From contig MU056277.1 in assembly GCA_013239625.1 (NCBI GenBank), positions 1,404,076-1,468,075 of the forward strand: DNA of 64,000 nt, written 5' to 3'. Below, one piece after another: positions 12,561 to 26,161 of the stretch (positions are counted from its first letter, which is position 1; the number at the start of each line of letters is the position of its first letter). Source of the DNA: Lama guanicoe (taxonomy: Eukaryota). The notes under the pieces are model-generated. The model had not been told where the DNA came from. It saw only the letters and a program-made list of their open reading frames with translations, and made no database searches. The position numbers were made by a program, and so were the translations under genes.

Positions 12561-14807
12561 CTGGGGGGTGAGTGGCAGAACCCACTTGCGGAGGGCATGA
12601 AGGATGTGGCATGCTGGCAGCCCGCATGCTCCTGCAGAGACGCTGCCAGTGATAGAGTGACCGTTCTCTTCTGGAGCACGGTGTGTCCACTTGCTACTTC
12701 ACAGTAGGACTTTGTCAGTGTGGGGCTTCAGCTGCAGAGAACCTGGGACAGCATCATGAGACACAGGACAGGCCCAGTGACCATGAGCACTCCTGCCACA
12801 GCTGCTGTCCCCACGGGCATCACTGCCGTGCCATTGCATCAGTCCTCCTGAGAAGGAAGGCTCCTCGGGGCTGGCTGGGACGGCCTTAGAGGGCCACAGC
12901 CCTGAGACATCAGGGGTCCTGGGGAAACACCTCCTCGTGATGGCTCCTCCCCCCTTCTTTCTGTTCTCCAGACCTGCGACCCCCTCCTTCGAGGACGCAG
13001 AGTCACTGCAGATGGGAGAAGGGCCCCTGAAAGATCCAAGGAGGTGCAGCTTTGGCTGTTGTGTGTTACCACTAGACGGATGGGTGGCGGGGTGGGGGGT
13101 GGTAGACGGATAGGCAGGCAGACCGGCGTGGGTCGTTTCCTCCCGTGGGCACCTGATTGGAAGCCATGTGGTTCTGTTGCCAAGTCCCCTGCTGTGCTGC
13201 TGTGTGTTTACCCTCAGAGTGTCAGTTCTGAGGGCCGTGTTCCCTCCGGCTCGCTTCTGCCCCAGAGCTCCCCTTCACAGCAGAGGCCGCAGGACCCTGC
13301 GGGAGCCGGGAGCACTGGCTCACACTCACACGTGCATCTCAGCCTCTGAGAACCCTGGAAGGAGGTTGGAGACCTGTGCTCCTGGGGCTTGGTGGGACGG
13401 GGCTGAGGTGAGTCGCCTTCTCGGAGGGAGTCGAGTAGTGAGAGGCTGCTCTTTGGGACGAGCGAAGTCTCGACATCCTTCCGGCACGGACGAGGGTCCC
13501 TGCCGGTTGGAAGATCACTGACAGCCCGAGCGTCTTCTCAGGAAGGCGCAGGATCAGGTGGGCCAGGCCTCTTTGCCCGTTAACCGCCGAGGGGGACCGG
13601 GCCTGAGGTCTGCAAGCAGAGGCGGAGTCAGGGTGCCTGTGAGATGGGCATTAGGTCGAAGAGCTAACGGCACGCCCGTGGGCACCTCCCCACTGATGTG
13701 GCATAACAAGCTGTGCGGCCAGCGGGAGTCGCCGCGCGTTCGCTGCTGTGCCTTTTTGTGTGTCCGTGTCATTCCAGGGTAGGGGTGAACAGCAGTGTCA
13801 GCACGTCTGGGCCATTGCCTCCGCTCACGGCTTCCTCCCAGCGACAGGGAGTCTCCGGGCCACCCAGGGCCCGTGCTGTTAAGTGCCCTTCAGAGCATTG
13901 CAAGCAGCATACTCAGGGGACGTGAGGGAAAGTGACACCGAGTGTCTCACAGCCACAAAGTGACAGGCAGTGGTGCTTACGAGGGAAAGAGGGCTTTATA
14001 GGAGGGTTTTTTCCGCTGAAGTACGGTGGCCCCCCTCCAGGAGAAGACACTCTGTTCGGCAGGCAGCGCTGGGGGTTCTGGGAACTGGCACAGATGCTAA
14101 CAGGGCTAGATGGGAGGGTTTTAAGACAAGTGAGTGGATCTCTGGGCACAGACGGGCCTAAGAGAAGCAGCCCAGGAGGGAGCCAGGACAGGAGGGTTTT
14201 AACAGGAGGATTCACATTGAGAATCACATGTATTTTAAGACTTGGGTGAGTGTTGATACATGGTAGGGGTTATGTAGGAAGGATCACGTTACGTATTAGA
14301 CATGGCATTTATTTTGTAAAAGATCTGATAAAAATAAAGGCTAATCATGCAGTAAGTTTTCAGTTGTCTCTTCAAAGTTTCTTGACTAGATAGACGAAAT
14401 CATACACGTAAACGGGTTGTATTTGGAAGAACGGACATCAGCCTGCGTGGCAGAGAGGTGCCGTCAAGATGAAGAGGCTGCAAGGCCCCCGTGGGTGGGG
14501 TGGTGAAGCCGGAAAGACTAGGACGGTGCGGCAGGGACTCGGCACGGGAGCTGCAGGAGTCACGCCGGCTCCACACCCCTCCTGCCAGCGGGAGTGCGGG
14601 GGGCAGGGACGACTGTCCCGGCCGTTGGCCCTGTGGGAGGGTTTGGGGACGATGCTCTGGGTGGAGGCCGTGGACAGAGGGAGCTGATGAAGACTGAGTC
14701 ATAAAGGAGAGGCATCTCTGGACTTGCCCGGCATCTCTGTCTGCAATGCGGTTGGTGCCCAGCCCCACTGGTGATGTGGCTCAGAGCATCCAAGGATGTC
14801 CTGGGCG

Positions 14808-15075
14808 CAGGGACCATTGGCTGCTCACACATCTATGAGGATGTTCACAAATCCGCGAAGAGTTCTGAAAATAAAAAAGTAATGAATTGGGTCAGCAAAC
14901 CCCAAAACTGAAATTTAAACTTTTTAATTAAATATTTTAGGAACATAACATGTCAGGTTCTTTAATGGTTAAATTTAGTTTTCATCCACATTGTATTACA
15001 TTTGGAAATAATTTAGAAGCTAGCTTTTCTTACACAAGAATCCCTTAGTGGGCATAATAATTGCCAAGACAGCAC
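14808..15075. mobile_element. Possible decayed hAT-type DNA transposon
   Basis: AT-rich block starting cagggacc with a layout reminiscent of hAT-Tip100 MITEs; terminal inverted repeats not confirmed. Confidence 0.25.
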
Positions 15076-15139
15076 AGCCAATTGCTGATCAAATGAGTTA
15101 TTTGTTTGCCCAAAGACCCAACATAAAAGGACGCTTGCG

Positions 15140-15330
15140 TGGGGTTCACTTTGTGCCAGGCACGTTTCTGCTCCTGCCGCACGCTGGCTAGCCTACGCGC
15201 CATCGTGACCGTGACAACAGCGCTGTTATTTCTGTTTTATAGGAGGCAGAGAGATGTTAAGGAACTTCCTCCAGGTCACACAGATCTAGGGTTTAGCACG
15301 GCCCTTAGCCACTGTCCCACGCTGTCTCTT
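15140..15330 (-). mobile_element. MIR SINE
   Basis: actttgtgccaggcacgtttct...gaggcagagagatgttaaggaacttcctccaggtcacacag...gcccttagccactg matches antisense MIR from end to end. Confidence 0.7.
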
Positions 15331-18149
15331 AGAGGAGCAATTAAAAAATACTTCCAAAACTTCAAAGCAAAACTTAGGTTAAATGTGGGATGTTTGGGCA
15401 TGTGCGTCTGAGCTGGCTTGGGGGAAGGACTTCACAAGGGAGGGTGTGGGGCCTGCAGATACTTCCTCTGGCTTTGAAGGGGGTCGGGTCTGAACGCGCC
15501 TTGTCCCCTGGGCCCGAGGCTTCGCTGCCCAGGAGACCTGACCCGGGAGTGGCAGGCACATCCCACCACTGGACCAGCACACGGGGGTCCCCTCGGGCAG
15601 GGCGGCCTTCCTCAGCTCTTCGTGGGGCTAGAATGGCATCCTCTCTGAATGTGCGATCTTTGCACGAAGAGGGGCAGTTCTGACAGTTTCCCCGAGCACG
15701 GCGGCAGTTATGGAGGCCGGGATGAAATGGCAGAACCGTCAGTGTTCAGTTGAACACAGTTTATTTTAGCGCTGTGATTCTCTGATCGTATCTCCAAGTG
15801 CAGCCAGCATTACAGAAGTAATTTTTATAATTGTCAAGCCGCTCACTCTCAGATGATTCGGGATGACTTTAGAGACCAAGTTACCAAATTTTCAGCTTAA
15901 AATTGATTTTATCTTATCGCGTATGTAACTGCAGCAACATGAACAAAACTGGAGTTCCCTGTGCGCGTGGCCAGGAGAGCTAAAGCCCCCTGCGCTGTGA
16001 GAGAGTTGTCACGCGGCCTCTCCTGTTAAAGGTGTTTGCCAGTATTTTTCTCCCTCCTGCCCTGGGCACCGGGGATCACCCCCGGGTCACTCTGTCCCTC
16101 TCCCTGGGACATCTTTGCCAGAGTTCAGACAGGGCGTGCGGAGGTGACCGGTGTGTGGCGTGGCAGGTCCCCAGGATGGGCCTCGCACTGGGTGGACGGC
16201 CTCCGCCTCAGCCAGGGGTGAGCACCTGTTCTCACGAGCGGACCAGCTGGAAGTGCGGGCTCGTGGTGTGCTGGTTCACTCGCAGTGACTGTCGGTGAGC
16301 AACACTCGTTATAGACAGCACCCACGGCCCTTCTCTGTAACGACGGCGCCTCCAGGAGAACGAGCAGCAGTGTTCGCAGGGGGAGGGGAGAGCTGCCGGG
16401 ACCCGCGTCCCACTCCTGCTACCTGGCCCCTCTGCTTTAAAGGTCGTGCACAGTGTGAAAAACCACTGGTAGGCGTGCCTGGCTCCTGGCTTTCAGGGCA
16501 GCTTCTTGAGGACATTCTGGAGATTAAAAAGGGTTTCTAAAAACGGCTAGAGGTTGCCAGTGTGCTTCATCTTACTGCTTCTCCCGTGTTCTGTGTCCTG
16601 CTCCCCGCCTAGGAGAGCAGCTGAGTCCTCCTGAGTCACAGCCACCACGTGGTCAGCTGCCCAGTGGTGTCACCAGTGGTTGTCACGGCACTGCAGTTGA
16701 CAGCTGGCAGGGTGCCTGGGATCGTGACCGTGTGAGAAACCACAGGTGTCCCGTTCTGAGTGTTCGGGTACAGCTTGGAGATGGCAGGTGACCTAAGGGG
16801 GAAAGTGAACGTCTGTTTGCGATTTTACTCTATAAAATTGTGTCACTAGACAACCCTCTAGGTCCTCGGCCAGACCCGGGTTCCTCCAGGCCAGCCCTTC
16901 CCTGCCTGGGGTTGAGAGGTTGGAGGACGTCATGGGCCTTGCCTGAGACTCAGGAGCTTGTCCCCGACACAAGCTGCCTGGCCAGTCCTGCAGTCAGGAG
17001 GGACACGGACGTGGACACAGACCGTGACCCTTCACTTTTACTCGTTTTTACTACGGTCATTTCTTAAGTTGTCACATGCCCAGTGTGGGCCCAGACGCTG
17101 TCACTCAGAGACATAGTCTACGCCCTCATTTGAATCGACTGCTTCTTTTCAGCTAAAAGCAAAACATTTAAACCAAACGGCGATTTGTCTTCTAATTCGG
17201 ACGGGCTGTTCCGGGCCAGGTCTGTGCTTGCCATGTCTGCCCCTGGTTTTCCAAATCTGCACAGTGGGGGCGTGTTCAGCGTGACAGTGAGGGACGCTGA
17301 CTCAAGAGATGGTAAAGCAACACACCTGCTGTGCTGGTCTCCGAGCTCAGAGTGACTGGTGACCAGCCTGTGACGTGACAGCAACTGGAAACCACACGGC
17401 CGTTCCGGCATTTCCTGCCGGCAGAGGAACATCACGACCGCCAGTTCTTGAGGCTGTGTTTTTCGTGAGCTCCTTATGATTTCAGCATGTGGACGTGTTT
17501 CCATAATTTCATAAATCAAATGTAATGATGTCTTTGAACCAGCCCCTCAAGTGCCAGAGTGGTCTCTGTGAGACGACACGTGCTGTAAAGGAAGTCAGCT
17601 GGAGAAAACTTCCCGCGCGTCCGTTGGAAACTGCTTGTTGCCAGCCCTGCCTTAGTTTGGAGCACGCTGGAGAGCTGCTTCGCTTTGCTGCCAGTTTACC
17701 TTCGGGTCTTAGAGACGAGATGCTCAGGTTCTGTCCCGCACCTGATGTTAGTGTTGCAGACGAGCAGTGACGGCGGTGGCCCTGACAGTAGCGGCCGTCT
17801 GTGGTCGCTGGTGTGGATGGGGAACTGATGCTGACGGCATTTTATAAGCAGCCACTGTGCACCTTCAACAGGGGAAGCTAAAGCAAGAGGCGGTGCCAGG
17901 CCCCACAGCTGTGGCAGAGGAGCCGGCACCCCGAACATGAGGACCATCCCTCCATTTGCGGAGGCCCCATTCCCTCCACTCCAGAACGAAAAGTACGTGC
18001 AAGCTAGTTGCCGTCTCCAGGGCCGGCTCCGCGTGGGCAGGAGCGACCTGCGCGACAGGGTCCCAGAGCGCAGAGGAGGCTTGTGAGAAAGCAACCAAGG
18101 ACAGCGCACAGCGTCCTTACAGCAAGGCCGTGAAACTAGGACTTGGCGT

Positions 18150-18290
18150 TGGTATATTGTTTTATTATTATAAAATGCTTGATTATAATGATTCAAAACA
18201 AAACGCTTATGTATGTTAAAGTATTAAAATGTATTGGAACAAAGTAAAATAATTTTAACAATAAATGAAGTAAAATAAAGTAAAATACTC
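18150..18290. repeat. AT-rich low-complexity tract with imperfect aagtaaaata repeats
   Basis: aaagtaaaataattttaacaataaatgaagtaaaataaagtaaaatac. Confidence 0.6.
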
Positions 18291-20366
18291 ATGTGCTTTC
18301 CCTGAATGGGGCGTGGGGCCGAGTGTCAGGTTTTGTCAGATTTTTACTGTTCTTCTTTAATGAAGTACAACTAAAGCAAAAGGTGGCTTCCCTCAGATTT
18401 ATAAAAAATGAAGCTCAAGCCTGCCTCAGAGACATGAATGCCTCCTTGGTGACTCTTAGCATCAACGTATTATGAGGAAAAAGCATGGTACTGGTTAAAC
18501 GGGCACCCCTCCCCCGCACATGGCGCCACGTGACATTTTTGCAGCCCCAGAACCGTGGAGGTGGCAGCATTGCCGCATTCTTCCCTCTGGGTGTCCAGCA
18601 GCGACTGATGTAAATATTTTATTAGGCAAACCTACAGGTTTCTGAAGATTGTTTGTCTTATCTAGTTGACCCCTTATAATTATGTTGTCTTCTGCAGCTA
18701 TGGGATCTCTCTTAATTTCACAGCTCTTTGGTAAATGCTGAACCATGAGAAAGATACACAACAGTAGGCAGCGACGACTGAGGACGAGGGCCGTGTGAGC
18801 GGCTCCCGGCGTGGCGTCCAGGTAAGGGAGCCTCTTCCTCCACTGCGGGAGCCATCACATGAGGGGGCCCCACTTAGCAAGAAAATCATCTCCCTCCTTT
18901 CTGCCCTTTGCGTGGTCCTCTGTGGTGCTGCTAGGGTTTGGACCCACTTCCCTCCTCCACTGCACAAGGGAACTTCCTGCTGAAGTCACATCCCCCGAGG
19001 AGGGGCTGGGGTGCTGGGGCAGGAGAGTCTCCTTTGCGCCCGCTCCCCTGGCCTGGGGCAGTGGTTTCTTTCTGTCACCGTTTTGTGTTTCGGCTCCATG
19101 GCCCCATGGGCACGGCCATCAAAGCGCCAGATGCCTGACCCTTTGGTGCAGATGCTTGGCTGTCCTGCATGGGATAGGGAGTGTGCGCGGGGAGGGGCGG
19201 GCGCAGGTCAGCCTGCATCCTTGATGTGCTGCCCTCCCCTCCCCGGCCTGGCTCTCATCTCCGCCCGTGCCCTCGGAGCCCGGCCGCTTATGGTGCCTTT
19301 GAAGCTGATGGAGGATGCTCCTGCGATGTGCCTGGCAGGGACCCTTCCCTCGCTGCTGTGGTCACGTCTGTGTCGCATTCTCCCGTCCTGCCTTCCTCAT
19401 CCTGCTCACTGGCGCTCGAAGATAATCACATCTCTCACACCCAACACAGACGTGGCCCCAAGGGGTCCTTGGAGAAATGCTTATGAGCTGAAGACAATGG
19501 AAGGTAGTGAGCTAGAGGCCCCCCCCTCCCCGCCATGTTGGATTCTGAGTCATAGGGGATGTAAAACGACCTTTCCACGGAAGGGATGCTCTCTTGTGCC
19601 CCCCTTTAATGAGGTTACTTTCTGCCAGCTCTGTCTCGTGAGTCTGTCTTGTGAATGGTGTTGATGGGGCTTCTCGCCCTGGGGTTCCCTGGGCGGGCCA
19701 CCTGTGTTCAGTCTTGGGATGAGACCCACCAGGAGTGAGGGGGACTGGCTGTCAGTCCAGCTGGAGTCCGTCAGCTCTGGACACTCACCACCATCCTGAC
19801 CAAGGGCTCACTCCGAGGGAGGCACAGTCAAGGGCCGCAGTGGGTCAAGGCCAAGGCCGCCAGCAGAAGCGGGGAGCTTCTGAGCAAGTGCGGTGACTGC
19901 CAGATGGCCTTGGTCGTACTTCCACGCACTTGGCACTGAGGAGGCAGATAAATACGGTGAGGCGAGGACACAGGAAGCGCCGTCTGTCCTCTGGAAGGCG
20001 TGCTGTTGGGGTTTGGAGGCTTCTCTCCCTGTGGAGTGTTTTCTGGGAGAGGGGGCCTGGGCTGTGGGCAGAGCATGGGCTGGACCTGTGCACGTCCCAG
20101 AGGAGACGCGGCAGGAGGTGCCGGCGGGCTGGGTGGCAGCCGCCTCTGTGGCTGTGTTGGGCACGGTCAGCAGCACCCTTGCGGCACTAGCCCCCAGGTG
20201 GACCCCAGGCTCGGTGGCTTCTTGGGATGTCAGGTCCACCTGTTAGGACTGGTGTTGGCAGGAGCGGGTAAAGTGGCTGCTGTGAAAAGAGCTAAAGAAG
20301 ACAAATCTGGTGACCGCCTGGACAGCGAGGAAAAAGCCATGGGCACCTGGAGCAGCACCTCCCTAG

Positions 20367-21450
20367 GGATCCCCCCTACGTTGAACTTACAGATTCGGGG
20401 AGAACTGACATCGGGACTAAGTTGCGTTTCCTAATCCACGAACACAGTGTGTCTCCCCAGTTATGCAGGGCTTCTTTTGTTTCCTTCATCATCATTTTGT
20501 GATTTTCAGCACACAAGTGCCTGTTTGTTTCTTTGGAGCAATTGAAAATGGTATTACATTACTGATTTTGGTTTCCCCTTGTATATTGTTAGGTTATAGA
20601 AATACAGTTGATTTTTATAGGTTTATCTTATTCCTGTGATCTTGCTAAACTCACTTATTGACTCTGGAAGTTTCTGCAGATTCTTTAGGATTTCCACATG
20701 GACAGCCATATTATCTGTGGTTATAGGTCATCTTCTCTCTCTTTCTTTCTAATATGTATTCCTTTTGTTTCTCTTTCTTGCTTTATTGCACTGGCTGGCA
20801 CTTCTAGCGAGAGCAGACATACCTGCCTCTCCCCAGACTTGGGGAGAGGGTGTCCACTTTCTCACCGTTGTGTGACGTGAGCTGCCGGGTTTCTGTGGCT
20901 GCTCTTTGCTAGGTTTAGAAAGTTCCCCTTTATTCCTGGTTTGCGCAGAATCGTTATTGTTAATAGCTACTGGATCTTTGTCAAGTGCTTTTTCTGCACC
21001 GGTTAGTGTAAGCGTATGGTTTTTCTTTATTAGTCTGTTGACATGGTGGAGCACATTGATTTATCTTTGAATAGTGCGTCATCTTCGCATACTTGGGTAG
21101 TCCCATTTGGTCATTGTGTATTATTCTTTCTGTGCACTGCTAAATTCAGTTTGCTAGTATTTTTTCAGTATTTTACACTTAAGTTCATGGAAAATATTGG
21201 TCTGTGGGTTTTCTTTTTTTTTTGTCTTTGACTGGTTTGAGTATCAGCATAATATCGGCTTCATAAAATGAGTTGGAAAGTATTTTCTCTGCTATTTTCT
21301 GGAGGAGATTTTGTAAAATCAGTGTTTATTCTTTAAATGTTTGTAAACTCTCCCGTGAAACCATCCGGGCATGGAGCTTTCTTCTTCTGGAGATTTTAAA
21401 TTATGAGTTCAATTTTTTATAGGTTGTAAGACTACATATTTTTCATTTTT
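20367..21450 (-). mobile_element. LINE-1 ORF2 (reverse transcriptase region) fossil, L1M-type
   Basis: ORF 20749-21054(-) contains HHVNRLIKKNHTLTLTGAEKALDK, resembling L1 ORF2 IHHINR.K.KNHMIISIDAEKAFDK. Nucleotide landmarks: tatagaaatacagttgattttt, cttgctaaactcacttatt, gcttcataaaatgagttggaaagt, gtgaaaccatccggg. Frameshifted. Confidence 0.92.
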
Positions 21451-24139
21451 GAAAAGCAGGGGCAGGTGCTACGAGAGCTTCTTGGGTAAGAAGCCCAGGG
21501 CTTGTGGGGGAGGAGTGAGAAGTGGAGGTAATTCAGGTCTGTGCCATCATGATCCTGAGATGTCTCGCTTACAAAATGGTCCGTTTGTTGGCTCCCGCAC
21601 GGGATGCAAAAGGTCATCTTTAGTTTTATACATTATATTCCTAAGACATTTCTGGCATGATTTTGTTGAACTTCGACATTTCTTGTTTCTCTTTCTCTTT
21701 TTAAAATTTAGGACTTCTGCAGTGTAGAAACACTTCTAGTCTTAACCTCAGTTCCCCACTCTTCCTTTCTGTTATATTCAGTATGTGTTTCGAGTCAGTT
21801 TATTTTCTTGAGTTTGTTACAAAAGAAGCAAGCATCTGCCCGGATAACTGATGGAAAACCCATTTCCAGGGGGGTCCTCACTTGTGCGAAGTAGAGTTTT
21901 GCAGAGATTTCATGTTCTCTGGCAGGTAACCCGGGTCCACCGCCAGTGTCTGCGGGGGCTGCACTGGTTAGAAAGCCGATGCTCTGAGAGTGTAGCGTCC
22001 CTTTCCGTGGCTGTTGCACACACGTCTGTGCACAGATACACTCTCCCAGTCTGCCGTGCTAGCTAATGCAGTGCGGCCTTTGGCAAATTTGTTTCTCTCT
22101 GGGACTTAGAACCATTACCAGGTAATGTTTATAAAGGGCTTTCAAATGCATTACTTCAAAAATACATTTTTTTTCATTAAGCTGGGAAGGCAATGCAAAT
22201 TATGTCAGAAGGCCCTTGAAACAATAATTTGTCTTTATGGAATGTATCTTGCAAATGTTCCAAATGTATTTTTTTTAATGAAAAACACATACCGCACAGA
22301 ACGTGTGTGTGATTGCCCAGAGTGATGAAATGGGGGGTGGTTTCTGCTCAGAGCATGTGATGCACACAGGATGGCAGCAAGGCCGCTGCTGGATTGGCTG
22401 TTGTGTCTGCGGGGACAGGAGAGTAGTCCACGTCCTGCCTGGTCACTCACCACCCAGGCTGGGGCTGCTGGTCCAACCGTCACCCCCCGCGGCCCCTGGT
22501 CATTTAGACGCGCACTATTGTCAGTAAAGAAGTGCTGTCATCTCAGGGTTTGTGGCTGAAGTGAGCGGGCTGCTGCACTGCACGGTCGCTCGCATCCCGG
22601 AGCACATCTGTGTCCCTGGGAGCAGGCGCCGTACAAACAGCAGGTTCACACTCTGTCAGGGATGTGTTTTTGGACGGCTGCTTATTTTACCTTCAGAACG
22701 CGTGAAGCGCTCCTGATCTTTTTATTTCTTTGAGGATGAACAGTTGCAGCATAGACGTTTAAATAATGCTTAATTTTTAAAGCAAGAGAATGAGACAAAT
22801 GGATGTGTTCCGCCCAGACTGCACATCAGGTTTCTGTTTTCTGAGCTTAGTGTGTGATATTAGCCTATTAAATGGCGCGCTTTTATTTGATATGTTCTCC
22901 ATCCCTGTTAGACGTCACTTCCACTGATGTTTCGTATTGTGTGCACGTTAGCACGTCTCTTATTAAAATACGCGGGCTGAAGGGGGAAAATAATTAGATT
23001 TATGGCTTTGTACTTGGAGTTTCTGATTTTAAGGTCTACTGAAAACTAACTCACGCTATGGTAGGTCCAAGGCCACTATTCAAATTAGCTAATCAAAGTG
23101 AAGCATCTCCTTTCTCACTTGCTCTGGAGAGGAATAAAGCAGAGGGCCAGCCTCCCCACTCAGGACAAAACAATTCAGGATTAACCATCGCAGCAAAACC
23201 CTTCAGCACAGTGTCACCATTAACCAATTAGTGACGGTAGTTTCTGCCTAACATAATACTCAAACTTCTTTGGGACAGCTGGGAGATGGTGATTTCCTGA
23301 GCCTCCAGACAAGAGGGAGGGTTTTGGGGTGACCGGTCCTGTGGCTCTGGTGGGACCTGACCTTACAGCCGTCCACCCAGGAGGATGTGCAGGACCGGGG
23401 CTCAGGCCTGGGACTGAAGTGCCAGGCCAGTCCTGGGAGTTGTGCGGAGAATTCTAGGTGCTTTCTACAACAAGCTGGCCAGCAGCTAGGGCCTAACTCC
23501 TGCCGGGTGCTTTCAGGAATGTGCTGTGGGATGCCATCCTTGCAGGCCTGGGAGGCGCTACTGGGGTTACTGCCTTTCCCCAGACACCCAGGAAGGCACG
23601 GCTCCCCCAGCCCTGCCACGTAAATGTCTCTTGATGAGTTTGTGGCCCCCCTAGACCCAGCCAGTGTTTTCCCTCGGGAACTTCTACGAAGTCGAGTCTC
23701 CCCCTCCCTGGCCTGCGTCTGAAGTGTTCACTAGTGATAATTTTCTGGAAACCTTTGTCTCTGATGACGGGGCGGGACTCCCAGGCCCTTTCTCATTAAC
23801 TGCAGCTTCTTTGCGGCTGATCTTCTGTAGTGTAGGAAGTGGCTGGAGTCCAAGTAGGATCTATTAACAAGTTCAAAAAAACTGGACACCTCTTGCAAAC
23901 TACAAATAATTTTTAAAATAAAAAAAAAATCAGCGTTTTCAAGGAGGGCTGTCGCTTTCAACATACACGTCTCTCAGAGTTTGTCTGATGATGCCGTTTA
24001 AGCTTGAGGCAGCATTATTCCACATGTGATGGGAGGAGAATGATATTTGCAAAAATGCCCTGTACTTTTCCCCGAAGCTGTTAATATCTTCAGAAGCCAC
24101 ATGTTCCCTGTGAGGAACGGTATCAAAGATGTCACGCAG

Positions 24140-24330
24140 GAGACAGCCTGGCTCTGCCGGCTTCTGGCTGTGTGACCCAGGACAGCGCACCCTGAGATCG
24201 CATCTTTCAAAGCCTAATGCTCCATGTCTGTAAAATGGGGTAATGCCACCTACACCTTGGGTTTCAAAGATTAAATAAAGCAACATACATAAATATACAT
24301 AAATCATGTGTCTCAAACCTTGATGCAGTG
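24140..24330 (+). mobile_element. MIR SINE
   Basis: cctggctctgcc...ggctgtgtgaccc...tctgtaaaatggggtaatgccacctac...aagattaaataaag. Confidence 0.75.
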
Positions 24331-25940
24331 TGGGTGTCTGAGACCTCCTCCCTTCTGTTCCCATGATTATGGGGAAAAAGCAAAAAAGCATTTAGTAGTT
24401 TATTAAACGTTCTGTTAACACGTTTCCCACCTTGGGTTTTGCAGTCTTAAACACCTACCCTCCAAGGCACCTTTTATCTCCAGAATCCCTGTGAGTTACA
24501 AACCTAGTAAGTGAAGGTAACCCGCCGAGATTCACAGGGGCCACTAATCCACTCCTGGAGCGTGACCACCTCTGGGTAAAAAGATCAATGCACATTTATC
24601 AGCTACATAACACCTCGACTAGAGTCAATGGGGTCCTTTTATAGAATTTCCTAAGGACGGAGATAAGAAGGCCTTCGTGACGGTGGCGTTACACCTGTGG
24701 GTGTTTATCCAGGTCTTTAAAAGATAAAAACTGTAATCAGGGAGTCAAATATTAGGCAGTTACACAACTTCAGAGACTAGATGATGAATTCATTCCCTTT
24801 CTCTCCAGTTGGGTGAGGGATTTAAATCAGAGACAATCATCTTGCCCCCAAAGGGTGTGATACTCCCTCGTGGACCGTGAAAGTAGTGGCTGAGAATCCT
24901 CTGCCTTCTGTTTGTTTGTTTTTCTGAACAAGTGGGTGCGTCTTCGCCGGCAAACCTGGGTGTTGACCGGAAAACGGGCTGCTCACCAGCTCCGTCCTCG
25001 GCTTGCCCATTGCATCACCATTCTCCTGCGGGCAGGGAGGACGCGGCCGCGGGGAATGCTCAGTCCATTCCAGCCCCTCTCCCCGAGTGTCCTGTGGTCT
25101 GTCTGCCCGAGGTCATGAGCCACGTTTTCCTCTGAGAGGTCTGCAGGCCTCGGGGCACACACGGCTCCCCGGGGGTCGTCAGAGCTCCCAGAAGATCCGC
25201 TTTGCTGGATGTTTGTGGCCGGCCTTCACTTTGTCTTCGCTGAGCTGCCCGAGTTGGGACAGCCTTGGCTTCCAAGTATGTGACATTGGATTGACAGCTG
25301 GTGACCCCTGAGCCTCATGCACGTGAGAGACCTGGAGGCGCCCCGGGCATGGTGGTCAGGGGCCGGTTGCCGCAGAGCTGCTGGCTTCTTCGGAGGCTGG
25401 CCCCGAGGGCCCGGCCGCTTCCCTCAGCTGCATGCGGAAGAGTGGGGCCCTGCTGTTTGGATGCGGGGCAGGCTTCAGGGGAAGGGCGATAGGAAGGAGA
25501 GCAGGCCTTCCAACAAGAGGGCGAGACCTGCCACGCCCAGAGCCGTCCTCAAGATGGGTGGGCAACAGCTCAGGAATGGGGGGGCAGAGGAGTCGGGAGG
25601 TGACAGGAAGGAGGAGGAAGACAGGCCCCGGGAGGCCGGGGTGTGAGGGGCAGAGGCATGCTCTGGGGAGCGACAGGGAATGCCAGCCAGAACAAAGCGG
25701 GTGTGACTGGAAGCGTGTGGTCCTCATAGCCTCCCTTTGCTGGACGTGTGATGTGTCAGGCGCTCCCCTGAGTAGTCGGCGTGCACGTCTCAGGACCTTC
25801 CCAGGAAAGCTGTGCAGCGGCATCCTGGTCCAAGTGCCACAGGTGAGGGAGCCCCGCCCCCGGGTGGCAGAGGCAGAAGTGGCAGCCAGGTAGGCCTGCC
25901 CGGCCCGCTCGCTGTCCAGCTGCTCTGGTTCTGTCCCCAT

Positions 25941-26161
25941 CAGGGTGTCGGAGCTTTTCTAGAAGGGGCTGGATACTAAATGTTTTAGGCTTTATGAGTC
26001 CTACAACCTCTGTCACCACCACTCAGTTCTACTCTTGCAGCTCAAAAGCGGCCGCAGACCATCTGTAAACGACCCGCCATGGCGATGTACCAGTAAAACT
26101 TTATTTACTGAACCGGCAGTGGGCCAGACTTGGCTTAAGGGCCTAGTTTGCTAAGGCCCAG
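25941..26161 (-). mobile_element. MER58A (hAT-Charlie MITE)
   Basis: Ends cagggtgtcg / agtttgctaaggcccag; internal taaatgttttaggctttatgagtc, actcagttctactcttgcagc and ccagtaaaactttatttac match the reverse complement of MER58A; about 220 bp. Confidence 0.85.

Noticed and set aside
18088-18110. REST/NRSE-like site (gcaaccaaggacagcgc)
   Set aside because: Right half-site matches, but the left half and spacing are wrong.
19011-19664. 217-aa ORF
   Set aside because: GTG start, no recognisable homology, composition typical of non-coding GC-rich sequence.
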